From: Erysipelotrichaceae bacterium MTC7 | GTDB taxonomy: Bacteria; Bacillota_I; Bacilli_A; Erysipelotrichales; Erysipelotrichaceae | Direction: 5' to 3' | Length of the DNA: 32,000 nucleotides | Assembly (NCBI GenBank): GCA_001695645.1 | Contig: LVZN01000017.1 | Coordinates: 1 to 32,000 of the forward strand | In this document: positions 1-8,944 of the stretch, in pieces | How the letters are laid out: each line of letters opens with the position of its first letter | Position numbering within the stretch: the first letter of the stretch is position 1 | Translations under genes and position numbers: made by a program | Notes under the pieces: generated by a model | What the model saw: the letters and a program-made list of their open reading frames with translations, nothing else | Database searches by the model: none | Told to the model about the DNA's origin: nothing

Positions 1-849
1 AGTATAAAAAAACAAGTGGTCCCTTTTTCAATGGCAACATGCCATGAAAATGGTCCACTTTTAAATTACAATAAACATAGGGACGGCGAAAAATTCCCCG
101 TACTTCGTAAAGCGGTACGCTCCGTTACCCAGAGCAACAGTCGGGGCTTGCTCCATGTGATAGACGAGCTACGCCGTGAAGATACGCCCATATCAAGAAA
201 TATCGCAGACCATATCGACAGCTTCACGGACTACGACTTTGCACATCTGCTGTTTTCAGACGGGACGGTAGAAAATGCTATCAGTCTGGATAACCAGCTC
301 AACATCATTCAAGTAGCTGACCTTGTACTGCCAGATAAAGATACCACTTTTGAGGAATACACGACCATTGAATTATTATCGGTTTCTATGCTGATTGTGA
401 TTAGTACCTTTGCCCTTGATTTTATCCATTCGGACAGAAGTATTTTTAAGATTGTAGACCTTGACGAAGCGTGGGCGTTCTTAAATGTGGCACAAGGAGA
501 AACGCTCTCTAACAAGCTGGTTCGTGCTGGACGAGCTATGCAGGCAGGCGTTTATTTTGTTACCCAGTCTGCCTATGATGTTTCAAAGGAAAGTCTGAAA
601 AACAATATCGGCTTGAAGTTTGCCTTTCGTTCTACTGACATTAACGAGATAAAACAGACCTTAGAGTTTTTTGGTATCGACAAGGACGACGAGAACAACC
701 AGAAACGCTTGCGTGATTTAGAGAACGGACAATGCTTATTGCAGGACTTATACGGACGTGTCGGTGTGGTGCAGATACACCCCGTCTTTGAAGAACTGCT
801 ACACGCCTTTGATACCAGACCGCCCGTACAGAGAAATGAGGTGGAGTGA
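1..849 (+). CDS. Conjugative transfer ATPase, VirB4/TcpF-type (Tn916 ORF16-like), C-terminal fragment. The 5' end lies upstream of the window.
   Basis: Frame 1 is open from base 1, with no stop before the ATG at 16. The C-terminal NTPase-domain-like sequence includes DLDEAWAFLN and AGVYFVTQSAYDV. The stop overlaps the next start (ATGA at 846-849). It sits first in the ORF16-15-14-13 order. Confidence 0.75.
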   Translation, partial: SIKKQVVPFSMATCHENGPLLNYNKHRDGEKFPVLRKAVRSVTQSNSRGLLHVIDELRREDTPISRNIADHIDSFTDYDFAHLLFSDGTVENAISLDNQLNIIQVADLVLPDKDTTFEEYTTIELLSVSMLIVISTFALDFIHSDRSIFKIVDLDEAWAFLNVAQGETLSNKLVRAGRAMQAGVYFVTQSAYDVSKESLKNNIGLKFAFRSTDINEIKQTLEFFGIDKDDENNQKRLRDLENGQCLLQDLYGRVGVVQIHPVFEELLHAFDTRPPVQRNEVE

Positions 850-3044
850 TGAAAGAAAGGATAAAAGGTGCGTTCACAAAAAAGAAGATTTTCCACTTTC
901 TCAAAATGGTTCTGTTCGTGGTGGCACTCTCCCTTATCCTGCTTTCACTTCTGGGGACGGTGGCTCATGCGACGGGGCTTGTGGACGATACCATAAATGC
1001 AGAAAATCTTTACTCAAAATATCCGCTGTCGAATTACCAGCTTGATTTTTATGTGGATAATAGCTGGTCGTGGCTTCCGTGGAACTGGCTGGACGGTATC
1101 GGAAAATCGGTGCAGTATGGGCTTTACTGCATTACCAACTTTGTCTGGACGATAAGCCTTTATTTAAGCAATGCCACGGGCTATGTGGTGCAGGAAGCCT
1201 ATAAACTGGACTTCATTAACGATATGGCAGACAGTATCGGAAAAAGCATACAGACCATTGCAGGCGTAACACAGAACGGTTTTTCTTCTACGGGCTTCTA
1301 TGTTGGTTTCCTGCTTCTCATTATCTTAGTGGTGGGACTTTATGTTGCCTATACGGGACTGATAAAACGGGAAACCAGCAAGGCACTTCATGCCGTTATT
1401 AACTTTGTGGTGGTGTTCGTGCTGTCCGCTTCGTTTATTGCCTACGCTCCCGACTACATCAAAAAGATAAATGAATTTTCAAGTGATATTAGTACCGCTT
1501 CGTTGGACTTGGGAACAAAAATCATGCTCCCAAACTCTGACAGCAAGGGCAAGGACAGCGTGGACTTGATAAGGGACAGCCTATTTTCTATTCAAGTGGA
1601 ACAGCCGTGGTTACTCTTACAATTCGGGAACAGCAACGCAGAAGAAATCGGGGCAGACCGTGTAGAAGCTCTGGTATCGGCAAGCCCAGAGGACGAGGAC
1701 GGAAAGACCAGAGAGGAAGTCGTGAAAACAGAAATCGAGGACAACGACAACAACAATCTGACGATACCGCAGGTCGTGAACCGTTTAGGTATGGTGTTCT
1801 TCCTACTGTTCTTCAACTTAGGGATAACGATATTTGTATTCTTGCTTACGGGCATGATGTTATTCAGCCAGATACTTTTTATTATCTTTGCTATGTTTCT
1901 GCCTATCAGCTTTTTACTTTCCATGATACCGAGCTATGAAAGCATGGCAAAGCAGGCAATCGTGAGGGTGTTTAATACCATAATGACACGAGCAGGAATA
2001 ACGCTCATTGTAACGGTGGCGTTCAGCATTTCCAGTATGTTTTATAACATATCCACGGACTATCCGTTTTTCATGGTGGCGTTCTTACAGATAGTGTGTT
2101 TCGCTGGTATCTACATGAAGCTGGGTGACTTAATGAGTATGTTCTCTTTGAACGCTAATGATAGTCAAAGCATGGGACGAAGAATTTTCCGCAGACCATA
2201 TCTATACTTGGCACATAGGGCTAGACGTATGGAAAGACGGCTTGCTGGTGCGGTTACTGCTGGTGGTGTTGCTGGTGCGGTGGCTGGTAGCACGATTTCA
2301 AACAGAAAAGCGACAAGGAACACAGCTACAAAAGATAGTCGGGGTAATACATCTTCCAGCATGGGACAGCGTGTAGGTTCAAAGGTGGGTGCTGTCTTAG
2401 ATACAAAAAATAAAGTGAAAGATAAGGCAAGTGCTGTCAAAGAGAATATCAAGGATATGCCGACACAGACCGCTTATGCCGTCCACTCCGCAAAGGAAAA
2501 GGCAAAGTCCAGCGTGTCCGACTTCAAGCGTGGCATGGTGCAGGAACAGCAGTCCAGACAGTCGGGACGTATGGAAAAACGGGAACAGCATAGGCAGAAT
2601 ATCGCCGATAAGCGTATGGAGCTTCAAAAGGCACAAGAAGCAAGGCAGGCACAGCGAAAGGCTGACGGATCAGCGACAACGGGAGCTACCCGTCCCCATG
2701 AGCGACCAGCCACAGCTTCAACCATTCCAAAGCCGAGTGCTGAAAAAACGCAGGAAGTCAAACGCCCTGCCACAGCGACGACTTCAAAAACAAATGAGCC
2801 AGTCAAGACAACGGTTATCAAAGAGCGTCCCTTATCTTCGGGTACTTCTGATAGGAAAACGAGCCAGCCTACACAGCCAGTACATAGGCAGAATGTAGAA
2901 AAAGTGGTATCGCAGGAAACACGCCAGAATGACACCAAAGACCGCAGGACAAAAGTTCAGCAGACGCAAAGCGTCCAGAAAAACCAGCAGACCACAGAGA
3001 AAACCCGTAACCTTGTAATGAAGAAAGGACAGAAGAAAAAATGA
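846..3044 (+). CDS. Polytopic conjugation membrane protein (Tn916 ORF15-like, VirB6/TcpH-type) with a long basic Q/T/K-rich C-terminal tail
   Basis: 732-aa ORF translationally coupled on both sides. It has several clear hydrophobic spans (MVLFVVALSLILLSLLG, GFYVGFLLLIILVVGLYVAY, VINFVVVFVLSASFIAYA, LGMVFFLLFFNLGITIFVFLLTGMMLFSQILFIIFAMFLPISFLL). Roughly the last 270 aa are low-complexity. Confidence 0.7.
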   Translation: MMKERIKGAFTKKKIFHFLKMVLFVVALSLILLSLLGTVAHATGLVDDTINAENLYSKYPLSNYQLDFYVDNSWSWLPWNWLDGIGKSVQYGLYCITNFVWTISLYLSNATGYVVQEAYKLDFINDMADSIGKSIQTIAGVTQNGFSSTGFYVGFLLLIILVVGLYVAYTGLIKRETSKALHAVINFVVVFVLSASFIAYAPDYIKKINEFSSDISTASLDLGTKIMLPNSDSKGKDSVDLIRDSLFSIQVEQPWLLLQFGNSNAEEIGADRVEALVSASPEDEDGKTREEVVKTEIEDNDNNNLTIPQVVNRLGMVFFLLFFNLGITIFVFLLTGMMLFSQILFIIFAMFLPISFLLSMIPSYESMAKQAIVRVFNTIMTRAGITLIVTVAFSISSMFYNISTDYPFFMVAFLQIVCFAGIYMKLGDLMSMFSLNANDSQSMGRRIFRRPYLYLAHRARRMERRLAGAVTAGGVAGAVAGSTISNRKATRNTATKDSRGNTSSSMGQRVGSKVGAVLDTKNKVKDKASAVKENIKDMPTQTAYAVHSAKEKAKSSVSDFKRGMVQEQQSRQSGRMEKREQHRQNIADKRMELQKAQEARQAQRKADGSATTGATRPHERPATASTIPKPSAEKTQEVKRPATATTSKTNEPVKTTVIKERPLSSGTSDRKTSQPTQPVHRQNVEKVVSQETRQNDTKDRRTKVQQTQSVQKNQQTTEKTRNLVMKKGQKKK

Positions 3045-4048
3045 AACTGAAACATATTGCTATTATCGGCAGTCTGTTTCCTATCCTCTTTTCACTGGTG
3101 CTTTTCTTTGGGGTGTTGATTAGTGCGGACAGCGACGACGAGAACAGCAACTTTTCTTCTGGCATTACGGGTATGAACTTATCCGCAGAAGTCTTGAAAC
3201 ATCAGCCTATGGTGGAAAAGTACGCCAGAGAATACGGCATTTCCGAGTATGTCAATGTGTTGCTGGCAATCATACAAGTGGAAAGTGGCGGTACAGCCGA
3301 GGACGTTATGCAAAGCTCTGAAAGTCTGGGACTACCGCCCAATTCATTAGATACAGAAAGTTCAATCAAGCAGGGGTGTAAATATTTTGCGTCCCTGCTT
3401 TCGTCCTGCAAAAATCAAGGTATGGACGATTTGAATGTAGCGATACAGTCTTATAACTATGGCGGTGGTTATGTGGGATATGTGGCAGGAAAAGGAAATA
3501 AACACACTTTCAACCTTGCAGAGAGCTTTGCCCGTGAAAAATCGGGTGGAAAGAAAGTAACATACACCAATCCAATAGCTGTTGCGAAGAATGGAGGCTG
3601 GCGGTATAGCTATGGAAATATGTTCTATGTGGAATTAGTCAATCAGTATTTAACTGTTCCGCAGGTGTCGGGAGAGCTGGCACAAAAGGTAATGAATGAA
3701 GCGTTGAAGTATCAAGGCTGGAAGTACGTCTATGGTGGTAGTAATCCCAACACTTCCTTTGACTGTTCGGGACTGACACAATGGTGTTATGGAAAAGCTG
3801 GTATCTCCTTACCGAGAACGGCACAAGCACAGTATGATGCTACCCAACATCTCCCACTCTCGCAGGCAAAGGCTGGGGACTTGGTATTTTTCCATTCTAC
3901 CTATAACGCTGGTTCGTATGTAACCCACGTCGGCATTTATGTAGGAAATAACCAGATGTACCATGCAGGCGACCCGATAGGATTTGCAGACCTAAGCAGT
4001 AGTTACTGGCAACAGCACTTAATCGGTGCAGGACGAGTAAAACAATAG
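3041..4048 (+). CDS. Bifunctional cell-wall hydrolase (lysozyme-like/lytic transglycosylase domain plus NlpC/P60 peptidase), Tn916 ORF14-like
   Basis: N-terminal membrane anchor. Contains the segment LLAIIQVESGG...MQSSES. The C-terminal NlpC/P60 signature is YVYGGSNPNTSFDCSGLTQWCY ... THVGIYVG (Cys/His). ATGA start overlap with the upstream gene. Confidence 0.85.
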   Translation: MKLKHIAIIGSLFPILFSLVLFFGVLISADSDDENSNFSSGITGMNLSAEVLKHQPMVEKYAREYGISEYVNVLLAIIQVESGGTAEDVMQSSESLGLPPNSLDTESSIKQGCKYFASLLSSCKNQGMDDLNVAIQSYNYGGGYVGYVAGKGNKHTFNLAESFAREKSGGKKVTYTNPIAVAKNGGWRYSYGNMFYVELVNQYLTVPQVSGELAQKVMNEALKYQGWKYVYGGSNPNTSFDCSGLTQWCYGKAGISLPRTAQAQYDATQHLPLSQAKAGDLVFFHSTYNAGSYVTHVGIYVGNNQMYHAGDPIGFADLSSSYWQQHLIGAGRVKQ

Positions 4049-4063
4049 AAAGGACTTGAAGAT

Positions 4064-4975
4064 ATGTTTAAGAAAAATAAGAAACAGACAGAAACTATCA
4101 AAGAACCAAAAGAAAAAAAGGTGCGTACTGTCAAGGTAGGCACACATAAGAAAACTGTGATTGCCTTGTGGGTGGTGCTTATCGCAAGCGTGAGCTTCGG
4201 GGTGTATAAGAATTTTACCGCTATCGACCAGCACACCACCCATGAAAAAGAAATCATTGAGCTTCGCTTGCAGGACACCAACGGGATAGAAAATTTCGTG
4301 AAGAACTTTGCGAAGTCATATTACACATCGAATAACAGCAAAGAAGCGATTGAAGCAAGGACGCAGGCAATCAGCGGTTATCTGACAAAGGAATTGCAGG
4401 ACTTGAATATAGATACCATTAGAACCGACATACCGACCAGCTCCACAGTTACAGATGTGATTGTATGGCATATCGAGCAATCGGGAACGGATACTTTTTC
4501 TGCTACCTACGAAGTAGATCAGCAGATAAAAGAGGGCGAACAGACAAGCAATGTGAAAGCAACCTATACTGTAAAAGTTCATGTAGACGCTGACGGGGAT
4601 ATGGTAATCGTTCAGAACCCTACTCTTGCACCAGCAATCGAAAAATCAGACTATGATCCAAAGACACCAGAAACAGACGCAAGTGTAGACGCTGATACTG
4701 CAAATGACGCTACCGCATTTCTGGAAACATTCTTTAAGTTGTACCCAACAGCCACAGAAAACGAACTTGCTTATTATGTGTCGGGGAATGTGCTTGAACC
4801 TATCGGCAGGGACTACCTTTATTCTGAACTGGTAAACCCTATCTTTACAAAAGACGGGGAGAATGTAAAAGTTAAGGTTGCTGTAAAATTCCTTGATAAT
4901 CAGACAAAGGCAACGCAAGTATCGCAGTATGAGCTTGTGCTACATAAGGATAGTAACTGGAAGATTGTAGGATAA
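4064..4975 (+). CDS. Conjugative transposon protein, Tn916 ORF13-like / TcpC-type (single N-terminal TM)
   Basis: 303-aa ORF with a basic N-terminus followed by one TM span (VIALWVVLIASVSFGVY). It is the last gene of the conjugation operon and is followed by a hairpin. Confidence 0.65.
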   Translation: MFKKNKKQTETIKEPKEKKVRTVKVGTHKKTVIALWVVLIASVSFGVYKNFTAIDQHTTHEKEIIELRLQDTNGIENFVKNFAKSYYTSNNSKEAIEARTQAISGYLTKELQDLNIDTIRTDIPTSSTVTDVIVWHIEQSGTDTFSATYEVDQQIKEGEQTSNVKATYTVKVHVDADGDMVIVQNPTLAPAIEKSDYDPKTPETDASVDADTANDATAFLETFFKLYPTATENELAYYVSGNVLEPIGRDYLYSELVNPIFTKDGENVKVKVAVKFLDNQTKATQVSQYELVLHKDSNWKIVG

Positions 4976-4979
4976 TTGT

Positions 4980-5019
4980 AAAAGGCTTGTATCATATTTT
5001 TATGCTCTGCAAGCCTTTT
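4980..5019 (+). terminator. Hairpin after the conjugation operon (10-bp perfect stem AAAAGGCTTG/CAAGCCTTTT, ~20-nt loop)
   Basis: The inverted repeat was read directly. The loop is large and the U-tract lies partly within the stem, so the call is weak. Confidence 0.35.
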
Positions 5020-5023
5020 AATA

Positions 5024-5073
5024 TTGACAACTGTATTTTTAAGTATTATGCTGTACTTGTATAAGCTATACAG
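5024..5073 (+). promoter_or_regulatory. Putative promoter (TTGACA 5024-5029, 17-nt spacer, TATGCT 5047-5052) with an overlapping CTGTA-N13-TACAG palindrome (5051-5073), a candidate GntR operator
   Basis: Hexamers and the palindrome were read from the sequence. The element lies 23 bp upstream of the GntR start codon. Autoregulation is typical of YtrA-type regulators. Confidence 0.4.
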
Positions 5074-5095
5074 TATAGAACAAGGCGGTGTTTAA

Positions 5096-5473
5096 ATGGA
5101 AATCTTTATCAATAATCATGCAAGCATACCTATTTATGAACAAATTTCTTCGCAAATAAAAGCATTGATTATAAATGGGGAATTAAAGGCTGGCGAAGCT
5201 CTACCATCAATAAGAGGACTTGCAAAATCATTGCATATAAGTGTATTGACTGTTCAAAAATCTTATGATGTGCTTCAAAAAGACGGTTTTATCGAAACAA
5301 CAGCAGGCAAAGGGTGTTTTGTATCTGCTCAAAATCAAGATTTTTATATAGAAGAACAACAGAAAAAAATCGAAGATAGATTTGTAGAAGCTATTGAAAT
5401 AGCCCGTGCAAGTGGCATAAACCTTGATAAATTGATTGGATTATTAAAATTATTATATGAGGAGGACGAGTAA
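5096..5473 (+). CDS. GntR-family transcriptional regulator, short YtrA-like subfamily
   Basis: 125 aa. The N-terminal winged HTH reads LPSIRGLAKSLHISVLTVQKSYDVLQKDGFIET. There is no large effector domain. An ABC ATPase gene follows directly. Confidence 0.85.
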   Translation: MEIFINNHASIPIYEQISSQIKALIINGELKAGEALPSIRGLAKSLHISVLTVQKSYDVLQKDGFIETTAGKGCFVSAQNQDFYIEEQQKKIEDRFVEAIEIARASGINLDKLIGLLKLLYEEDE

Positions 5474-6337
5474 ATGGCTGAAAATATTTTAGAAGTTAAA
5501 AACCTTACAAAAGATTATGGCGATTTTGTATTAAATGACTTAAGTTTTTCCATTCCTAGAGGTGTAATTATGGGGCTTATTGGCGAAAATGGAGCTGGAA
5601 AATCGACCACAGTAAATTGTATTTTGAACGAAATTAAGAAAAACAGTGGAAACATTTTGATTTTTGGAAAAGACCACATAATTGATGAATGTGAAATAAA
5701 AGATAAAATCGGAATTGTATTTGACGAAAACCACTTTCCAGATATTTTTACACCAAAAGAAATTGAAAAATATATGTCGGGAATATATACCAATTGGGAC
5801 AGTATAGCATTTCGTAATTATTTGAAACAGTTCGAATTACCAGCAAAGAAGAAAATTAAAGATTTTTCTAAAGGAATGAAAGTAAAACTTGCATTCGCTG
5901 TTGCTCTTTCACATAAAGCAGAATTACTTATATTAGATGAAGCAACAAGTGGATTGGACCCTATTATTCGAGATGATATTCTTGATATACTGATTGATTT
6001 TGTGCAAGATGAAAATTACTCTATTTTGTTTTCATCACATATTACAAGTGATTTAGAAAAAATAGCAGATTATATTACTTTTATTCATAAAGGACGGTTA
6101 GTTTTCTGCTCATTAAAAGACGACTTAATTGATAACTATGGTGTTGTAAGTTGTGGAGCAAGTGTCTTTGATACGCTAGATAAGACAGAAATTATTTCCT
6201 ATCAAAAAGAAGATTATCAATATAAGGTTCTTGTTCGTGATAGAAACAAGATTGCAAAAGATTTTCCAAAAGCACTTGTAGAACCTGCTACTATTGAAAA
6301 TATTATGTTGTTTTACGTAAAGGGGGAATTACAATGA
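5474..6337 (+). CDS. ABC transporter ATP-binding protein
   Basis: Walker A GENGAGKST, signature-like FSKGMKVKL, Walker B LLILDEATSGLD, H-loop SSHITSD. Confidence 0.9.
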   Translation: MAENILEVKNLTKDYGDFVLNDLSFSIPRGVIMGLIGENGAGKSTTVNCILNEIKKNSGNILIFGKDHIIDECEIKDKIGIVFDENHFPDIFTPKEIEKYMSGIYTNWDSIAFRNYLKQFELPAKKKIKDFSKGMKVKLAFAVALSHKAELLILDEATSGLDPIIRDDILDILIDFVQDENYSILFSSHITSDLEKIADYITFIHKGRLVFCSLKDDLIDNYGVVSCGASVFDTLDKTEIISYQKEDYQYKVLVRDRNKIAKDFPKALVEPATIENIMLFYVKGELQ

Positions 6338-6978
6338 AAGGCTTATTGATGAAAGATTTATTAGTAATTCAGAAAAAATATGGAATTACTAGAATTATTA
6401 TGGATATATTCATTATAGTAGCTTTGATGTTATTTTTAAAAGGGACAGGAGCTATTTACATTAGTTTATTGTTAATTCCAGTTGAAATAATGACAATGAT
6501 AATTTCCTTAACGACTTGCGACGAACAATGGAAATGGGGGAAATATGTTGTTGCACTACCCGTTTCAAAAACTACGATTGTAAAAAGCAGATATATAGTT
6601 GCTTTGATTATGACTTGTATTGGCTTTGGGGTAGCTTTGCTTGTTAATACCATAACATATTTTATATTCCCTCAATTTGCATTTGGTTATTATATGTTTA
6701 TTGCTTGTGCTTCTTTTGCCGTAACCTTAGTATTTTTGTCATTTGTATTGCCTTCAAATTATTCACTTGGAGTTAATGCAGGTTTTGCGGTTATGTTTAC
6801 TCTAGTGATTATTCTTGTTGTATTGGCAGTTTGGACAAATGTGACTAACAATTCTATTTTATGGTTTGTAGTCGATAATTTTGAATTGAGTATCGGCATA
6901 GCTTTTATAATAGTTATAGCTCTTGCTTTCAGTTCTTATCTTCTATCAAAAGCATTTTTTACTAGAAAATACAATTAG
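6334..6978 (+). CDS. ABC-2 type transporter permease (about 6 TM)
   Basis: 214-aa, highly hydrophobic. ATGA overlap with the ATPase gene. Confidence 0.7.
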   Translation: MKGLLMKDLLVIQKKYGITRIIMDIFIIVALMLFLKGTGAIYISLLLIPVEIMTMIISLTTCDEQWKWGKYVVALPVSKTTIVKSRYIVALIMTCIGFGVALLVNTITYFIFPQFAFGYYMFIACASFAVTLVFLSFVLPSNYSLGVNAGFAVMFTLVIILVVLAVWTNVTNNSILWFVVDNFELSIGIAFIIVIALAFSSYLLSKAFFTRKYN

Positions 6979-6990
6979 TGAGGTATTGTT

Positions 6991-7182
6991 ATGAGAAAAT
7001 GTCTTAGATGTCATGAAGAAATGGTCGAAAATTTAGATGTTAAAGTTGATATGCAGGGATATGGTATTAGAATAACTACTAAAGGCGTTTTTGGAACTAC
7101 GGTAGAAAAACCTAAAGTTGCAGTTTGTCCAAAATGTGGCGAAGTTTCCTTATATATTGAAAATTTTAAATCAATAAAATAA
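6991..7182 (+). CDS. Small zinc-ribbon protein (CxxC ... CxxC), last gene of the ABC operon
   Basis: 63 aa with CLRC at the N-terminus and CPKC near the C-terminus. RBS GTGAGG lies 7 nt upstream. Confidence 0.5.
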   Translation: MRKCLRCHEEMVENLDVKVDMQGYGIRITTKGVFGTTVEKPKVAVCPKCGEVSLYIENFKSIK

Positions 7183-7386
7183 ATGATTAAAATCTGCATA
7201 TAGACTGAGGGTTTATTGTTTGCTAACGTCCGAGCGGATATTGAAGAATTTATGAATAGTACATACCCAGAGATGCAAGCAAATTTCAAAAGGTATTTTG
7301 GAAATAGACATTTTACGCCGAAAAAATATGTTTATATCACTACGAAAAAGCAAAAATTAAATTTCTTAAAAGAATAAGGGGGGGCT

Positions 7387-7575
7387 ATGGATAAGCAATT
7401 ATGGGTATTATGTCCTATTTGCAATAATAAGACACGAACTAAAGTGCGAGAAGATACAGAACTGATAAATTTTCCTTTGTTCTGTCCGAAGTGCAAAACG
7501 GAAACTTTAATCAATATAAAGCATGGAAAAGTAACTATTATCAAAGAGCCAGACGCAAAGACGCAGAGCCGATAA
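7387..7575 (+). CDS. Cysteine-rich KTR domain-containing protein (common in Tn916-like ICEs)
   Basis: 62 aa. Contains CPICNNKTR ... CPKCKTETLIN and a C-terminal EPDAKTQSR. Strong RBS AAGGGGGGG. Confidence 0.75.
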   Translation: MDKQLWVLCPICNNKTRTKVREDTELINFPLFCPKCKTETLINIKHGKVTIIKEPDAKTQSR

Positions 7576-7682
7576 TTTGTAGGTTATTATGACTTATAGA
7601 TTGTTGGCTCTTATTTGTTACCTGCGGAGCAGATCAGCAAATAGATAATGCAGAATAGCAAAAAGGGAAAACAAGAAGCTGA

Positions 7683-8042
7683 TTACTTCTTGCTCTCCCT
7701 GCTGTTCAAGATACCGTCAATCGTACCTTGAATGATTTTTAATTCGTTATCACTCAATAAATCAAGAGAGGTTTCTATCTGACGGCGAGCTGTACTTTTT
7801 ACGACGTTCTCTGCTGGATAGAAATATTCATCGACCGATATATTGAACATGGTAACTAAATCATGGAATAATTGAAAACTAGGGTGTGAACCAACATTTT
7901 CAATATCTGCGATATGGCGTTCTCCATAGAACACTTTATCGCCTAAATCATTACGAGAAAGCCCTGCTCTCTCACGGGCTTCTCTGATTGCCAGTCCTAA
8001 AGGTCTGAAATCAAAAGTTTGTGTTTCTTTTGCTTTTCTCAT
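7683..8042 (-). CDS. XRE-family helix-turn-helix regulator, Tn916 ORF9-like
   Basis: 119 aa. HTH segment LAIREARERAGLSRNDLGDKV. Opposite orientation to the backbone, as in Tn916. RBS AGGTGAT. Confidence 0.8.
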   Translation of the reverse strand: MRKAKETQTFDFRPLGLAIREARERAGLSRNDLGDKVFYGERHIADIENVGSHPSFQLFHDLVTMFNISVDEYFYPAENVVKSTARRQIETSLDLLSDNELKIIQGTIDGILNSRESKK

Positions 8043-8101
8043 TTTAAATCACCTAGCATGAGTTTATACTTCATGCTGTATATTTAGAATGTGTTAAAAT
8101 T

Positions 8102-8137
8102 GAGCGAATCATTCAATTAGAAAACGAAAAAGAATAG
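8102..8137 (+). pseudogene. Detached 3' end of delta (parA): last 11 codons ERIIQLENEKE plus stop
   Basis: The reading frame ends at TAG 8135-8137, immediately before the P-omega heptads, which matches the native delta-omega arrangement. 287 aa (MIQYYY..FFEML at 10681-11541) plus these 11 aa give 298 aa, the classic ORF298/delta length. Confidence 0.75.
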
Positions 8138-8186
8138 AATCACAAATCACAAGTGATTAATCACAAATCACTTGTGATTTGTGATT
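8138..8186. promoter_or_regulatory. P-omega operator / parS-type array: 7 contiguous WATCACW heptads
   Basis: The heptads read AATCACA AATCACA AGTGATT AATCACA AATCACT TGTGATT TGTGATT. A candidate -10 TAAAAT lies at 8195-8200. This heptad is the known binding unit of the Inc18 omega repressor. Confidence 0.85.
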
Positions 8187-8228
8187 GTTGATGATAAAAT
8201 AAGAGTAAGAAGAAATAGAAAGAAGTGA

Positions 8229-8444
8229 GTGGTTGTGGGAAATTTAGGCGCACAAAAAGCAAAACGAAATGATACACCAATCAGTGCAAAAAAAGATATT
8301 ATGGGGGATAAGACGGTTCGTGTTCGTGCTGACTTGCACCATATTATAAAAATCGAAACAGCAAAGAATGGCGGAAACGTAAAAGAAGTTATGGATAAAG
8401 CCTTAGAAGAATATATTCGGAAATATTTACCTGACAAACTTTAA
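8229..8444 (+). CDS. omega: Omega transcriptional repressor / centromere-binding protein (ribbon-helix-helix) of Inc18 plasmids
   Basis: 71 aa. The sequence (GTG start) VVGNLGAQKAKRNDTPISAKKDIMGDKTVRVRADLHHIIKIETAKNGGNVKEVMDKALEEYIRKYLPDKL is recognised as omega. Confidence 0.9.
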   Translation: MVVGNLGAQKAKRNDTPISAKKDIMGDKTVRVRADLHHIIKIETAKNGGNVKEVMDKALEEYIRKYLPDKL

Positions 8445-8460
8445 AAGGAGTGAAAATGAA

Positions 8461-8733
8461 ATGGCAGTTACTTATGAAAAAACATTTGAAATAGAGATCA
8501 TTAACGAATTATCGGCAAGCGTTTATAATCGAGTATTAAACTATGTTTTGAATCATGAATTAAATAAAAATGACTCTCAATTATTGGAAGTCAATTTATT
8601 AAACCAATTAAAGCTTGCAAAACGTGTAAATCTTTTTGATTATTCTTTAGAAGAATTACAAGCCGTTCATGAGTATTGGCGGTCAATGAATCGCTATTCA
8701 AAACAAGTTTTGAATAAAGAGAAAGTGGCTTAA
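8461..8733 (+). CDS. epsilon: Epsilon antitoxin of the epsilon/zeta TA system
   Basis: 90 aa, [50 protein letters not shown]..., recognised as epsilon. Confidence 0.9.
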   Translation: MAVTYEKTFEIEIINELSASVYNRVLNYVLNHELNKNDSQLLEVNLLNQLKLAKRVNLFDYSLEELQAVHEYWRSMNRYSKQVLNKEKVA

Positions 8734-8734
8734 T

Positions 8735-8893
8735 ATGGCAAATATAGTCAATTTTACTGACAAACAATTTGAAAATCGCTTAAATGATAATTTAGAAGAA
8801 TTGGTTCAAGGAAAAAAAGCGGTTGAATCGCCAACCGCTTTTTTACTTGGTGGGCAACCAGGGTCAGGGAAAACGAGTTTGCGAAGAAGATGA
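8735..8893 (+). pseudogene. zeta: Zeta toxin, truncated after about 50 codons
   Basis: [52 protein letters not shown] followed by a stop. Only the N-terminus through Walker A is retained, against a native length of about 287 aa. Confidence 0.85.
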
Positions 8894-8944
8894 TTGAGCA
8901 GGCAGGAACAAAGTGATAAATTCAAATTGTGAGGGAAAATATAG

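Noticed and set aside
573-904. Two minus-strand ORFs (107 and 87 aa) overlapping the end of the ATPase gene and the start of the ORF15-like gene
   Set aside because: They are entirely antisense to well-supported coupled genes, have no RBS and translate to low-complexity, Cys/Ser-rich sequences. These are shadow ORFs.
1592-2938. Several 70-155-aa alternative-frame ORFs on both strands inside the ORF15-like gene (e.g. 1607-1939, 2431-2898, 2624-2938)
   Set aside because: They lie inside a GC-richer gene with a repetitive basic tail and yield Arg/Ser/Gly-rich nonsense translations. This is typical of off-frame reading.
7210-7377. Open frame ...IEEFMNSTYPEMQANFKRYFGNRHFTPKKYVYITTKKQKLNFLKE between the Zn-ribbon gene and the KTR gene
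   Set aside because: It could be the 3' remnant of a displaced gene or a 41-aa peptide (ATG at 7252). I cannot recognise the family and there is no clear RBS, so it is not called.
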